DNA of 63,992 nt, the filler included, from Basidiobolus ranarum (Eukaryota): the NCBI GenBank assembly GCA_040143965.1. It is 4 parts of 4 records of this genome, joined end to end, with 100 filler letters (N's around TTAATTAATTAA, not from the genome) between each part and the next. Parts side by side here need not be neighbours in the genome. Positions count along the whole stretch, not along the records: positions 50,788 to 63,992 come from JASJQH010007374.1; 3 more parts are not named here. One strand, 5' to 3'. A program made the translations under genes and the position numbers. Below are positions 51,082-63,547 of the stretch, one piece after another. The notes under the pieces are model-generated. The model was not told the DNA's origin and searched no databases. It saw only the letters and a program-made list of their open reading frames with translations. Within the stretch, counting starts at the first letter, position 1. Each line of letters opens with the position of its first letter.

Positions 51082-52246
51082 CTAATTTGCTTGTGTGATA
51101 ATCTCATTTCCAGATTCGGTACATTTTTCTTCTTTTGCAATTCTTTTATAGCAATCTTTGCTTAAATGGCCAGTTCTTTTGCAGTAATCACAGAATATGT
51201 TACTTTTCTTCTTAAAGTGCTTTTGACCTTTATAGGATGGTTTCCAATAGCCTATGAAAGCATTTTCTTCATTCTTGTGTTTGGATCCCAATTTGCATAA
51301 ATCTTCATCCAGAGGTCTACCAAATACATAATTTCAGGTCAAATTTTCAGTTCTTGATTCTAGAGCTATTACTAGGCTCTGAAACTCATGTGGCAGGCTA
51401 TTCAGGACTGTAACTATGATATCCTGATCAGTAGTAGGTACTCCCATGCATTACATTTCATCCACTAAAATAGTGAGTCTATTAATTAGTGATTTAATTT
51501 CTTCTCCTGGCTTCATCTTGAAGTTAAAGAATTGTCTTCTTAGAAACATCTTGTTGGCAGCAGAACTTGCTTGGAAGGTGTCTTCCAAGGCTTTCCATAC
51601 CTTCTTGGCAGTTTTAGCTATTGAACATTGAATTAGCAATTTGTCTTTTACATAAAGATAAATTGTGTTAAAGGCACTTTGTTCTTTTTTAACCTGAAGT
51701 AAAGCTTTGGTTTCAGATAGTTTTGCATTGTTTTCTTCTCCTACAACAGTGTCCCAAAGTCCTTTTTCTTGCAGCAGCATCTTTATTTAAATTTTGCAAA
51801 CATGATAATTGGTTCTATCCAATTTTTCAGAGGAGGGAAAAGTTCCATAAATATGAGAAGTAGACATTACAGAGAGTGCAAGCTTGGGGCTCATAATCTG
51901 TTAAGATATTTGAAAGCCTGTTGGAAGTGGTTTGGAGAACTAGAGAAATTGGTGGCTTTAACTTGCTGATTTATTGAAGAGAAAATTGACATTTGTAGTT
52001 TTGTCAAGATGTAAGTAAACCAACATTTATAATGTGTAAAGAAAGGTTTGAGGAACATGTGTGCAAAGTTTGGGGCTTCTAGCACAAGTTTGAAAAATCT
52101 GTATATCTGAGAACTTCTAAGTTGGTAAAAATATTCTAAGTAAATTCCGATTGAAAATAGTGGATAGTATCTTAGTTCAATATAAGATAATTAAGTACTA
52201 AGCTATATATGACTATGTAGGTGTTTAGGCAATGCTAATTTCAACA
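51082..52246 (-). mobile_element. Degenerate Ty1/copia LTR retrotransposon: 5' LTR (51899-52246), PBS and gag pseudogene
   Basis: TG..CA LTR followed directly by GATTATGAGCCCC (copia-type PBS). Gag reads EKLDRTNY...MLLQEKGLW, TAKKVWKALE..F, VLNSLP.EF and CCHC knuckle CDYCKRTGHLSKDC, with in-frame stops. Confidence 0.92.
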
Positions 52247-53106
52247 GCTTTCTTGTTTCTGATATAGCATCATGACTAAAGCTAACTAAGATGTTGAATA
52301 AAGATCAATTATCCAACATTCAATATTTAATTATTTTGAGGTTTAGCTCTAACATCTTTAAAACCATCACTCTGGGATAGATTATGTTGGTATGTTGTGT
52401 ATTTGCAACATCAAACAAGTTATCTTAAATTTTAAACTGTTTGAGAATTTGGCTACTTGGTTCTATCCAAAAGATCTGTATCCAACATTTCTAACACTGT
52501 CTTTAGAGTGGATGTTATACTTTTAGTTACAAGATGTGTGCACAATTCATTAAAGCACCAAAGTCAATGCATCTATTTCCTCTGAATACTAATGAATCCC
52601 AAATGATAACACTAAAGCTTGTATCGCAATCTAGATTCCATCAAAAGCTACAATGCTATGCTACTTCAATGGCTAGCATTAATTAATCTATTCATGAGCA
52701 GTTATACTTACAGAAAAAATACCATTAAACTTTAGCAAAAGACTGAGAAAATGCTACTACCGGAAAGTACAGGATGGTACATATCCCGCTGTCCAACATG
52801 TAGCCCGTTATTAGACTTGTTCCATCTGATCAGGGATTATCAGACCTTGACTTGATTTTCTAGAGCGAAAGGGATTGAAATGGATAATACTTGAGGATGC
52901 TGGTTAGTGGCAAATTGAGTGGCATAAAATTTAGAGTCCTTTTCCTTCCCCCAATATACAACGCTACAAGATTGCACACGTCACACAGCACTCTGGAATA
53001 TGAAACACTTCTAACAATTATTTGTGATTGAGTGGCATCTCATCCAAACCTTCCTAAGATCTAACTGGCAGCAGAGGGAATTATTCGGCTATATTCAGAC
53101 CTTGTA

Positions 53107-53181
53107 ACGCTGTAGATAGACTTTGAATCTAGATGTCTGTATTATATATACGCTGTAGATAGACTTTGAATCTAGGTGTCT
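53107..53181 (+). repeat. 32-bp direct repeat, two copies (period 43)
   Basis: ACGCTGTAGATAGACTTTGAATCTAG(A/G)TGTCT at 53107 and 53150. Confidence 0.9.
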
Positions 53182-53508
53182 CATTTGAAGGTACCTCAAC
53201 GTACGTATTGATTGGATGGAATCCAAGTATATGATGTAATGTGAATTGAAGATATTTTGAATAGACAGGTTTAAGATACAAGATTTGCCAAAGTGGTGCA
53301 CGAAAACGGATGTTGAAATTTAATTATGGACAACCTTAATTTCAATGAATTTAATGAGAATCACCTTTAGTTTACTTTAGGGAGTTTCGCCAGTTGCATA
53401 AATGGAAATGTACTTCCCACCTTAAGACGCTTAAAGCAAGGAGATTCCCCAATCGAGTTTGGACATGTGTATTTGGACGCATCAAGCCGGAAGTTTCTTG
53501 CGCAGTGT

Positions 53509-53560
53509 AGTGTAGTAATGCTCGGTATATAATTAGTGTAGTAATGCTTGGTATATAATT
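53509..53560 (+). repeat. 26-bp tandem duplication
   Basis: AGTGTAGTAATGCT(C/T)GGTATATAATT, two copies. Confidence 0.9.
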
Positions 53561-53974
53561 TGGCTCTAATCGACATGGTATGCGGTGTATGCAGTGGTTG
53601 GAGAAAGGACATTTAAAATACCAAGGTTTGGCTTAGCGTTAGGTTGTATTCCCCAGATGTGCTTCAACGGCTTGTGATCGGGATCTTAGTACTACCTTCG
53701 TCATCGAAGTGTGACAAATGTGACATTTGGGGAAGATCAATGGTACGGGTATGGACACACGCACACGGGTATAGCAGCACAAATACGTCAGGCCCAAGAT
53801 TGAGTTTCTTCACGTATGATTGATGGAAGAGATTATTTATAATCCCTTCTGTATTAAAAAGCGACTGCCTATTCGTCATCAAACTCTCCTTTTATCGTTA
53901 CTGACTGCATTGCCCTTATCATCGTATCTTTACGCCTTTGAAATGTTGGAAATAAATAATTTACCCGAGTCACA

Positions 53975-54014
53975 CTGCCCATAACCCATTCACCCTGCCC
54001 ATAACCCATTCACC
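53975..54014 (+). repeat. 20-bp perfect tandem duplication
   Basis: CTGCCCATAACCCATTCACC, two copies. Confidence 0.9.
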
Positions 54015-54723
54015 CGGATCATCGCTAAATTGATTTGTTTCGAATCGAACTCAACAGTGTAACACATAGAGACATGCAAATCAAAGGCGCAATACAAAGC
54101 ATTTAGCAGAGTGTTTAAGAGAAGGTTTAAAATGGAGCTCGAGTAACTTGGCATTCTCCTTGTCACAATCCATCTTAAAATAGAGTTGGCGTAGGGATTT
54201 CCAATGTGAAACGAATGCCTATTTCACGTATATTAGGTGATCAAGCCAATTGCCTCACACACACACACTTATTTTTATTCAGGCTTATTAGAACGGAGCA
54301 AATGAATATCTTTGCTCAAACTAATGCCCACAAATAGAGTGCGATTGGCGATATGTTTGCGGGGCTTAATTAGGAAATAGTAATCAAAAAAAGGATGTGT
54401 CGACAGGTAGTAGTGTGCATTTTTACGAATGTTTCCCGAATATATTAACAATAGGATTGGATCCCTGTAGACAAAGAAGTAGCAAATAAAACCCGATCTC
54501 CCCAGGTTTTGTAACTTCACTGACCCTTTATTAGATCCACACTCCGTCGTTTTCTTCATTTTTTGTTGCTTCTTCTGCAACTTATTTACTCTTGATCAAC
54601 TTGGTTGGGTTTATTTAGACTATACCAGTGTGCCTTGTAATTGTGACCAAGAATTTTCGTTTCTTTTGGTGCTTTTGTACCGTTTTCATTGTTGTTCTTC
54701 TGTAAATCACATTTATCTTAAAA

Positions 54724-57700
54724 ATGCCCTCGAAAGGTATGCAGTGTATTTCTCTAGAAGTTGGGTGTTCCTTCCCCACCGTCCCTTCATTCCCTCATTA
54801 ATTCAATGGTATTTTCGTCTATTAGGCCTGGAACAAAGCAGAACAAGTGTAGATACAAGTGTGGAGTTAGATGAATTTGGACGTGATATCAGCAGTAGGG
54901 ATACTTCACAGTACTCGCACTATCAATTTTAGTGAATTAACACCGATCTTGTTCTATTCTACTTAGGTCGGATTATAGAAAATGCTGACAGAGAAACCAC
55001 TCCTCGCCGACAAAAATCCCTGATTCGACCGGAACGTCGTCCAACCACTAGAAGATATCCCCAGAGAGGAGAAGTAGATTTTGATGAAACCACCGGTCGT
55101 CAAGATATTCTTGGAAGAAGTGACAGTTTTGCCATGCCAAAAAAGACGAAGAAAATCACGATGATTTCTAAATCCAAAAAATGTCCTACTTGCTGGGTGA
55201 TATTTACCAAGATCAGTACAATCTACGCTCCATCCCCATTATTGGTGTGCTGTGGTAAGTGAGACTCAGATATTCATACTTGGAAGTCAGCATGTGGTTA
55301 ATGACTGGCAATTTTGTAGGCTTAAAAACATCTGCAATTAGACAGGCTTGGAGGGAAAAGATGGCATTGTGTACGATTATCTTTTTGCTTTGCGTAGCTG
55401 TTGGTTTCTTAACTTTCGGATTTCAACAAGTGTTGTGCGGCTTTGACAATGTGGGCCGGGTTAAGCAGGGGACTATGAGTTTATCTGATGGCTCATTGAA
55501 TGGCAAAGCGATGAGATTAGAGGGACTGAATCATCCGGTAGCTCCCGGAGTCCCAGATGGAGGCAGCGTCGTTTCGACAGCGGGTGGCAAAGATATATCA
55601 TTTCTATTTCAAAATGTAAATGGCCGTTGTAAAGGGGTTCTCATCCCTACGACTGGTGCAGATAGCAACGGTAATGTAATCAACTATTTCCCTTGCATCA
55701 TTCGAGATACCAATACTACCGTAAATCCATCTGCTGATCCCGAAAGATCCGCTTGTCACTCCTCAGCTTTGGCTAGGAATACTCTTAAACGACTTGAGTT
55801 CGAGGGAGAGATCTATTACGACTGGAGCGATATTCGATCTGACCAAAGGACTATGGTTGTATATAATGGACATGTATTAGATTTTGATTTGATCTCATGG
55901 CTAGTTCCTGGGATCCAAGCACCATCCATATTTTATCAGCTGAAAGATCCCAAATCCCCATATCGTGGAACTGATGTAACCTACTTGCTCAACAATTTTC
56001 ACAGAGCCGAGGCTGATTGTGCCATGGATATCTTGAAAGTCGGGGTACTCGATACCACTAGTATGGGATGTATCATCTCCAATGTTGTTCTTTACGTCTC
56101 ACTTATCGTTATCCTTGGCGTAGTGTTGACCAAGTTCTTCCTTGCTGTCTTTTTCGGATGGGTTTTGAGCTGGCGTCTTGGCTCGTTCCGTGAGGAGACT
56201 TACGAAGAGCGTATGAAAAGACTCGAGGCTATTGAACAATGGAGTGATAATCCCAACAACTTGGCTATCGCTGCCTCTAGATCGAACAGTACGATCAATC
56301 ACAAAGTAAGCACAGGCTTCCTACCAACTACTAGCCGTTACTCATCCCCCGCCATGATTGCTGAATACAACAATAGACGGAATATGGGCTATCCTAGTCC
56401 ACTTGGCAATGAGAATAGGACTAAGATCAGCTTATCCTCCGCTTCTGCTAATAGATCCACACGAACCACTTCCACTCCACCAGACTCCCCACGCACTCTT
56501 TCCCGTCGCTCCTCACACAGTTCTTCCACTGCTGTATCCAACATCCATACGCCACCTACACCACCACCCGTCTCCTTCCAACCCTTCAATTTCCGCTTGG
56601 CCCATACTATCATGCTTGTTACATGTTATTCAGAAGGGGCGGAGGGAATGCGCACTACATTGGATTCGTTAGCCATAACCGATTACCCACAATCACATAA
56701 ATTGATACTGGTGATTGCCGATGGAGTCATTACAGGGAGTGGGAATGACATGTCAACGCCAGATATTTGTTTATCAATGATGAAAGATTTTGTGATTTCC
56801 CCAGAGAACGTCCAACCATTCTCATATGTAGCCATTGCTGATGGTTCCAAACGCCACAATATGGCCAAAGTGTATGCTGGATGTTATAAGTTCGATAACA
56901 ACACGGTTCCTCCGGAGAAGCAACAACGTGTTCCCATTATTTTAATCTCAAAGTGTGGTACTCCGGAAGAGGCCAGTACTCCCAAACCAGGGAATCGCGG
57001 GAAGCGTGACAGCCAAATCATTCTAATGTCCTTTTTACAACATGTGATGTTCGATGATAGAATGACAGAGATGGAATATGAACTATTCAATGCCATTTGG
57101 AGTACCACTGGTGTCAGCGCCGATAACTTTGAGATCGTACTGATGGTGGATGCCGATACTAAAGTGTATCCTGATTCGGTGACTCGAATGGTTTCCTGTA
57201 TGGTACGAGATCCGCAGATCATGGGTCTTTGTGGTGAAACGAAGATCGCCAACAAGAAAGATAGTTGGGTATCCATGATCCAAGTGTTTGAATACTACAT
57301 CTCCCATCACCAGAGCAAAGCATTCGAGTCAGTGTTTGGTGGTGTAACTTGCTTGCCTGGATGCTTCTGTATGTACCGAATCAAGGCTCCTAAAGGAGTC
57401 AATGGTCTATGGGTCCCAGTTCTCGCCAGTCCAGATATTGTTGAGCACTACTCAGAGAATGTAGTAGATACATTACACAAAAAGAATCTATATCTACTAG
57501 GTGAAGATCGATTCCTAACTACCCTGATGTTAAGAACTTTTCCCAAGAGAAAAATGGTATTTGTACCCCAAGCAGTATGCAAAACTGTGGTCCCCGACTC
57601 ATTTGGCGTACTCCTATCCCAACGTCGTCGTTGGATCAACTCCACTGTTCACAATCTTCTGGAGTTGGTTTTGATTCGTGACCTTTGCGGTACCTTCTGT

Positions 57701-58288
57701 TTTTCCATGCAATTCGTGGTGTTCATGGAATTGGTTGGTACTACGGTACTACCAGCAGCTATTTGCTTTACCATATATCTGATTGTTATCTCGTTCATTG
57801 TTACTCCGGTTCCGGTGATTCCTCTAATTTTGTTGGCAATCATCCTGGGCTTACCCGCAGTGCTGATCCTAATGACTACTCGTAAATTAGTGTATGTTGG
57901 TTGGATGCTCATATATTTAGTCTCTCTCCCAGTATGGAATCTTATCCTTCCCTTGTATGCCTTTTGGCATTTTGATGACTTCAGTTGGGGCCAGACTCGT
58001 ATGGTTGCTGGCGAAGCTGGTGGCGGCGGTGATCACAGTAAGAAAGAGGGAGAATTTGATTCAAGTCGGATCACCATGCGCAAGTGGTCAGATTTCGAGC
58101 GAGTCAAACGCCGTAAAGCTAACCATGTGTTATCAGGATTGAATAGCTATGGTAATTCCAACTCCTCTATCGAAAAGCTAGGCTACCATACCCCTAGTCA
58201 ACTTGCCCGATTCTCCTCATTCAATCTTTCAGCAAATCAAAGTGAAGCTGATAGTGACAGCACTTATAATAGCCGTAGTTCCAAGTAG
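54724..58288 (+). CDS. CHS3: Chitin synthase, class IV (Chs3-like; 4 exons)
   Basis: N-terminal RQKSLIRPER, AWREK, a cytochrome-b5-like region, TCYSEG, NRGKRDSQ, MVDADT, CLPGCF, LGEDR, SQRRRWINST, DDFSWG; no myosin head. Confidence 0.96.
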
Positions 58289-58479
58289 AAAACATTGTTT
58301 TTATTCTGACCACATTCTCATTTATCGTTTGTTTATCGTTTGTACAAAATTGATTGATAATAAAGTAACTTTTTCGGATTTTTGATTTATTTGGGCTTTA
58401 GAGATGTTATTTATATAACCAACGCTACTTATTTTTCTAAATTTAGGGAATATTAATTTACACCTGGTGAATCCTCTTT

Positions 58480-59557
58480 CTAGATATCTATGCAAATGTG
58501 AGCTTATTTTGATTAAGTAGATATTGACTTTGTAGCCACTTACCATCCGACTTCTCTGGTATAGATGGGGATGAAATGAAACCAGTACGCTTCTGTAACT
58601 CCATTTTACGTAATTGCTCTTCAACACAACGAGCCAACGATGAGTCCTTCCCTCTTCCAACCCTTTTGAATAAAGGCTTGGTCGATTTTTCATCAGCTTT
58701 CTTTTCCGATTGTTGGGCTTGGACGGGCGGTGGAGTTGGGGGCCGAGGTTGAGGTGTAGCCCACTGAAATGTTGGATTAAATAAAAGGTGAGGTTGTGCA
58801 ATATTAAAAGATAGGAAGGGAAAGCTACCATTTGTTTTAACTGCTCCATATGCATTTCTTCATTTGGTGGGAAGTCTTCCTGAAGTTGTTTCAGGTGGGT
58901 TTCTAGAGCCTCCAGTCGTTCGTAAACGTTGAATGGTATATGGGACACTAAGAAATTTTTTGTGTGGTCAAGTAAATAACGAGGTTTCCTATTAGATATA
59001 ATTTAGACTGACATTACCTGCTTTAAGATTGAAATGTTCTTCAAGGCATTTTAACCTTTCTTCAACACCAGTCGATAAAGTGACCATATCGGTTTTCTTT
59101 AACTTATTGTTTTGTTCGTTCGTACCATGATGCATAGATCGCATCAACGGTCCCCAGTCATTATTTACCACGTCTATTCTCATTTGTAGAGAACGATTCA
59201 ATTTCACCGCATCGGTTCTAGCACAAGTATCGGCACCTTTTATGTCCAGTTATTTTTAAGTCAACGTCGACAAATAGAGAACTTGAAATTTGACATTACC
59301 CTGACTACTTGGATTCCGTTTTAAAAATTCTATTCTATTACTCTCGTCGATTTCTCGTCGCTTAAGGTGAATGAAATTATTTAACCTTTGGTCGACCTAG
59401 AAAAAAAACACCTTTGGTAATAAATAACTAAAAGGAAAAAATATCGAAAAAGTTCCCTTCTAAAAGATAATACTTCATATTTACCACCACGAATTTGGAT
59501 CAACTCTGGATCGGTTGTAGATTCTGTTGTAACGTATGTACTTGAGTTATCTTCCAT
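58480..59557 (-). CDS. MBIP-like protein (MAP3K12-binding inhibitory protein / ATAC subunit homologue; multi-exon, 3' end approximate)
   Basis: Spliced product IQIRGGKYE|VDQRLNNFIHLKRREIDESNRIEF...TCARTDA...VVNNDWGP...GVEERLKCLEEH...PFNVYERLEALE matches the recalled MBIP C-terminal blocks (SCARTDA, AVEERLQNIEAHL, DIYQRIKKLE). Confidence 0.78.
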
Positions 59558-60067
59558 TATATTAAATAGCACGTTTTCTTCTCTTGTATTTCAAACCACT
59601 TACTTTCCGAAAGCTCTGCCGATGGAGAAGCGGTTCTTGTTCGTTTCATACTTTAGATAAGTGGAAATATCGATCTCGGTTGAATAAGCAAATAATTATC
59701 TATAGTATCTATACAATATCGATGGTTAAGAAGAAAATTCCAATCCACTGAAATGGAACTTAAATATTGTTGGTCTATTGACATTCAAATAACTCATGTG
59801 ACTGGTTAATCTAATATAGGTTTATTCAAGTACACTAAGTGAATGCAAGAATGCATCTTTGTTAAAAAAAATAGAGGCTTTTAGAGTTTTTGTATTGATT
59901 GCATTCAATGAAATAGCTACAAAGAAAAGTATTGAAATCAATGCTTTGAAAGTTCGATATAGTCGAGGATAAGAGAAACGTAATTTATATACACTGTATA
60001 GTTCGTGATTCAATCATGACAGTGCTCTCCTCATTAACAGGTGTTGATATAGAACAAGTATGCCAGC

Positions 60068-60705
60068 TTAAAAGTCGTGAGACTGGGGTGGATAAGTAGC
60101 GTTAGCATAGTAATTAGGTTGAGGATACTGTGGATGTTGAGGATGCATATGATGTTGCTGTTGAAGGTCTGGTGGCTGTTGGAATAGAACACCGGATGTC
60201 TCACCGCCATCTTCGTCTTTATAATTCCCGCTACCTTTGTCTACCTTTATAGTCTAACACAATTTGATAATTACTAAACAATCGACATACACATGATTCG
60301 AAGAGAAGTGAAAGGTACCTCTCGGTATTTACTCAGATATACTTTTAGTACTTCTGCATAATTTTCGAAGCCGAGGGACTGCATTGCCCAAAGTATATCT
60401 TCCCCGTTGATTGTTTTACGCTTTTCTTGGATACAACGATCACTAGCTGTGAGTGTAAGTTAAGGAATAATAGACCTAGTAACTCTTGGTTGGAATCTAT
60501 ACATATGAAAAAAAGGATATTCGCTAGTTATGAAAGAAATGAACTCGGAAACACACTCTTGAATTGTCTCTTTGGCTTCTTTGGCGATTTTGGCATTATC
60601 GGGGAGACTTCGCTTCATAATGCGGGCAACATTAGCAATAGGAAGGAGACGATCTTGTTCGCGAATATCTTCGTGGTCATCCATACCTTGATGGGATTCA
60701 CCCAT
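60068..60705 (-). CDS. HAP3: CCAAT-binding factor subunit NF-YB/Hap3 (3 coding exons; first coding intron is U12 AT-AC)
   Basis: [79 protein letters not shown]. Confidence 0.96.
60449..60520 (-). other. U12-type (minor spliceosome) AT-AC intron
   Basis: Donor ATATCCTTTT, branch point TTCCTTAAC (60467-60459), acceptor CAC. Removal restores the conserved ITSEASDRC. Confidence 0.95.
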
Positions 60706-61973
60706 TCTTCAACTTTAAAGTGCAGGGAAAGAGTAACCTAAAATGGTTGGTTTGACAAGCAAGACAGATATCTATGGAAGACAGATATAAAAAGTAAGAA
60801 CAATATTTCCTGTGCTACTCTTAGTAGGGAACCAGCTTACTGGACAAATGGAGATTTAAATAAAGTATCTTTTCGTATTCAACGATTCGCTGATGAACAC
60901 AAACCAAACGAAAAAGTAGCCCAAGAGATCGAATTCGAAACTAGGGTTGATTTTCATACAAGAAAAAAATCCTCAGTTCGGATTAAATATCCCTTCCTCA
61001 CCACCCACTTGATTCGCTCTACCAAAGTCAAATTAAGTAACTCTATGTTGATGAATCAAACCAATTCCAACGCGAAAAGTATGGCGCACGCGTTCCTAGA
61101 CAAACAGTAAACTCGATACTTACCGACCAATCATCATCGACACTTTATGCATTGAATCTTAGAGGCTGAGAAAGCCTAGTATGACTGGAGCTTCTGTCAC
61201 AGTCAGAGAGAGATCTCTGTTTGGTTTAGTTTCAAAGGATTTTCCTTCATCGATCGTCAAGCTCCGTCTCAAACATGAACTTGTTTAAATTGGAAATCTG
61301 GATTAGCATGTGAGGTTAGGGTTGGAGCTTTTGCTTCCGGTAACCCTAACCCTGATCGCTTCTTGCTGATATGCCATGGTTGATTGTGTCCTAAGTAGTG
61401 TGACGAGCAGAATTCGAATTCTGGCCAATAATGAGCTCAGGTATTATTTGTACTACATCAAAATCATTAGCAACTATCACAATCACGGAATCAAAATACT
61501 AGGAGTCTTAGTGGTCGCATACCCTAACCCTAAGATAGCACTTGGGAAATTAGTCACAGAAAGTAAACATTTTAGAGAAATTTTTTTTCTTCAGCTAGTC
61601 CAAAATCCCAAAATCCCAAAATCGACGTAATCACTTTGTTACGTAAAAGTGGGAGATAGTGATGCCTTTTGTAATTTCCCATCCACTTCTGATTTGGTAA
61701 ATTACTGAGTAAAAGTACAGGGTTAACAAAATCTGAATCTACTCCAAATTTTCGACGATTTTAATATTGCCTCCGAAGGTACTTGAATTGGTCGTACCTC
61801 TTGGTTCACTTGTTTTCAACGTATTCAGTCTGGTCACCTTTTTCTTCTTTTGGTTGTTCATTTCTTCAGCATCTACTGTATCGACTAAATTGTGAAGAAT
61901 TCCCCATATTTTCTTTTACAAACATTCCATTTTATTATTAGTCTTATTTCCATTTGCCCCATCTTAGTTACAA

Positions 61974-63041
61974 ATGTCCGATATTTCCGCTGATATTGGT
62001 GCCATCGATGCTTGGATCGAACAACTCAAGGAATGTAAACAACTGTCTGAAAGCGAAGTTAAAAAATTGTGTGAAAAAGTAAGCTCTTCTGATTTCCCAC
62101 TTCATCTTTGAGTTTCCAATTTAACCCCACCTTGACTCTAGGCGAAGGAGGTCTTGAAAGATGAATCTAACGTTCAATACGTAAAGTGTCCAGTTACCGT
62201 ATGTGGAGATATTCACGGCCAATTTCACGACTTGATTGAGTTGTTCAAGATTGGTGGTAATTCACCAGATACTAATTACCTTTTTATGGGTGACTACGTG
62301 GACCGTGGTTATCATTCCGTTGAAACTGTGACTCTATTGGTAGCTATGAAACTTCGTTATAGAGACCGTATCACCATTCTTCGTGGAAACCACGAATCTC
62401 GTCAGATTACTCAAGTTTATGGTTTCTATGACGAATGTCTGAGAAAGTATGGTAACGCTAACGTCTGGAAATACTTTACTGATCTTTTCGATTTTTTGCC
62501 ACTCACTGCCCTCATCGAAGACCAAGTATGTCCTAAATATTGAGCATTCACCATGGCAATCCAGTGTACTTACCATTCCTCTCTTCTTCATCATTAGATC
62601 TTCTGTCTTCACGGTGGATTGTCTCCTTCAATTGATACCCTTGACAATATTCGTTCTCTTGACAGAATTCAGGAAGTCCCACATGAAGGTCCCATGTGCG
62701 ACCTGTTGTGGTCCGATCCTGATGATCGTCCAGGATGGGGTATCTCTCCTAGAGGTGCAGGCTACACCTTCGGTCAAGACATTTCCGAGGCATTTAATCA
62801 TAACAATGGGTTAACCTTGATTGCCAGAGCTCATCAGCTTGTCATGGAGGGTTACAACTGGAGCCAAGACCAAAATGTGGTTACCATCTTCAGTGCCCCC
62901 AATTATTGTTACCGCTGTGGCAACCAAGCGGCCATTATGGAGATTGATGAACACATGAAGTATTTCTTCCTTCAATTCGATCCTGCCCCAAGAAGAGGAG
63001 AACCACATGTCACTCGTCGTACGCCAGATTATTTCTTATAA
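61974..63041 (+). CDS. PPH21: Serine/threonine protein phosphatase 2A catalytic subunit (3 exons)
   Basis: [30 protein letters not shown]-terminal RRTPDYFL. Confidence 0.98.
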
Positions 63042-63547
63042 TCCACCTATTTCCCCACTTTTTATTTGAAGTACGTTCATCTTTCTACACTTATTACCAA
63101 TCTGTTTTCTCCATCATCAGTTTGGCTTTAATTGAAAGACTCAAAAGCCATGTATCATAAGCTAATTGATAAAGCCAAGAAAAAAATCGACATCTAGTAT
63201 AACCCTCAAGTGAAACCAAAAGTTGTTAGAGATATCTTATTTACTGAGGAACGTCTGGGATCTCATCTCAGTTCTCTTCATTTTCGATGAGTGAATTGTT
63301 CTTTCTTTATACTTCTCTTATTTCCACTCTCTCAACTTTTGTAGAAATCAATTTTAATAAATTCAAACGAATAGATCCTTGTCTTTTATAGCTTTCTGGA
63401 GGGTGAAGAGTGGGGGATGCCACATTGCTTCGCAGATTATATATATTTCTTACAGGCTAGTTAGTAGAAAATGCTAGGAAAACTGGGAATTTCTAAGTAT
63501 TATCAGAAGAAATATACAAATAATGATGGATATGGAACAATGACTAT

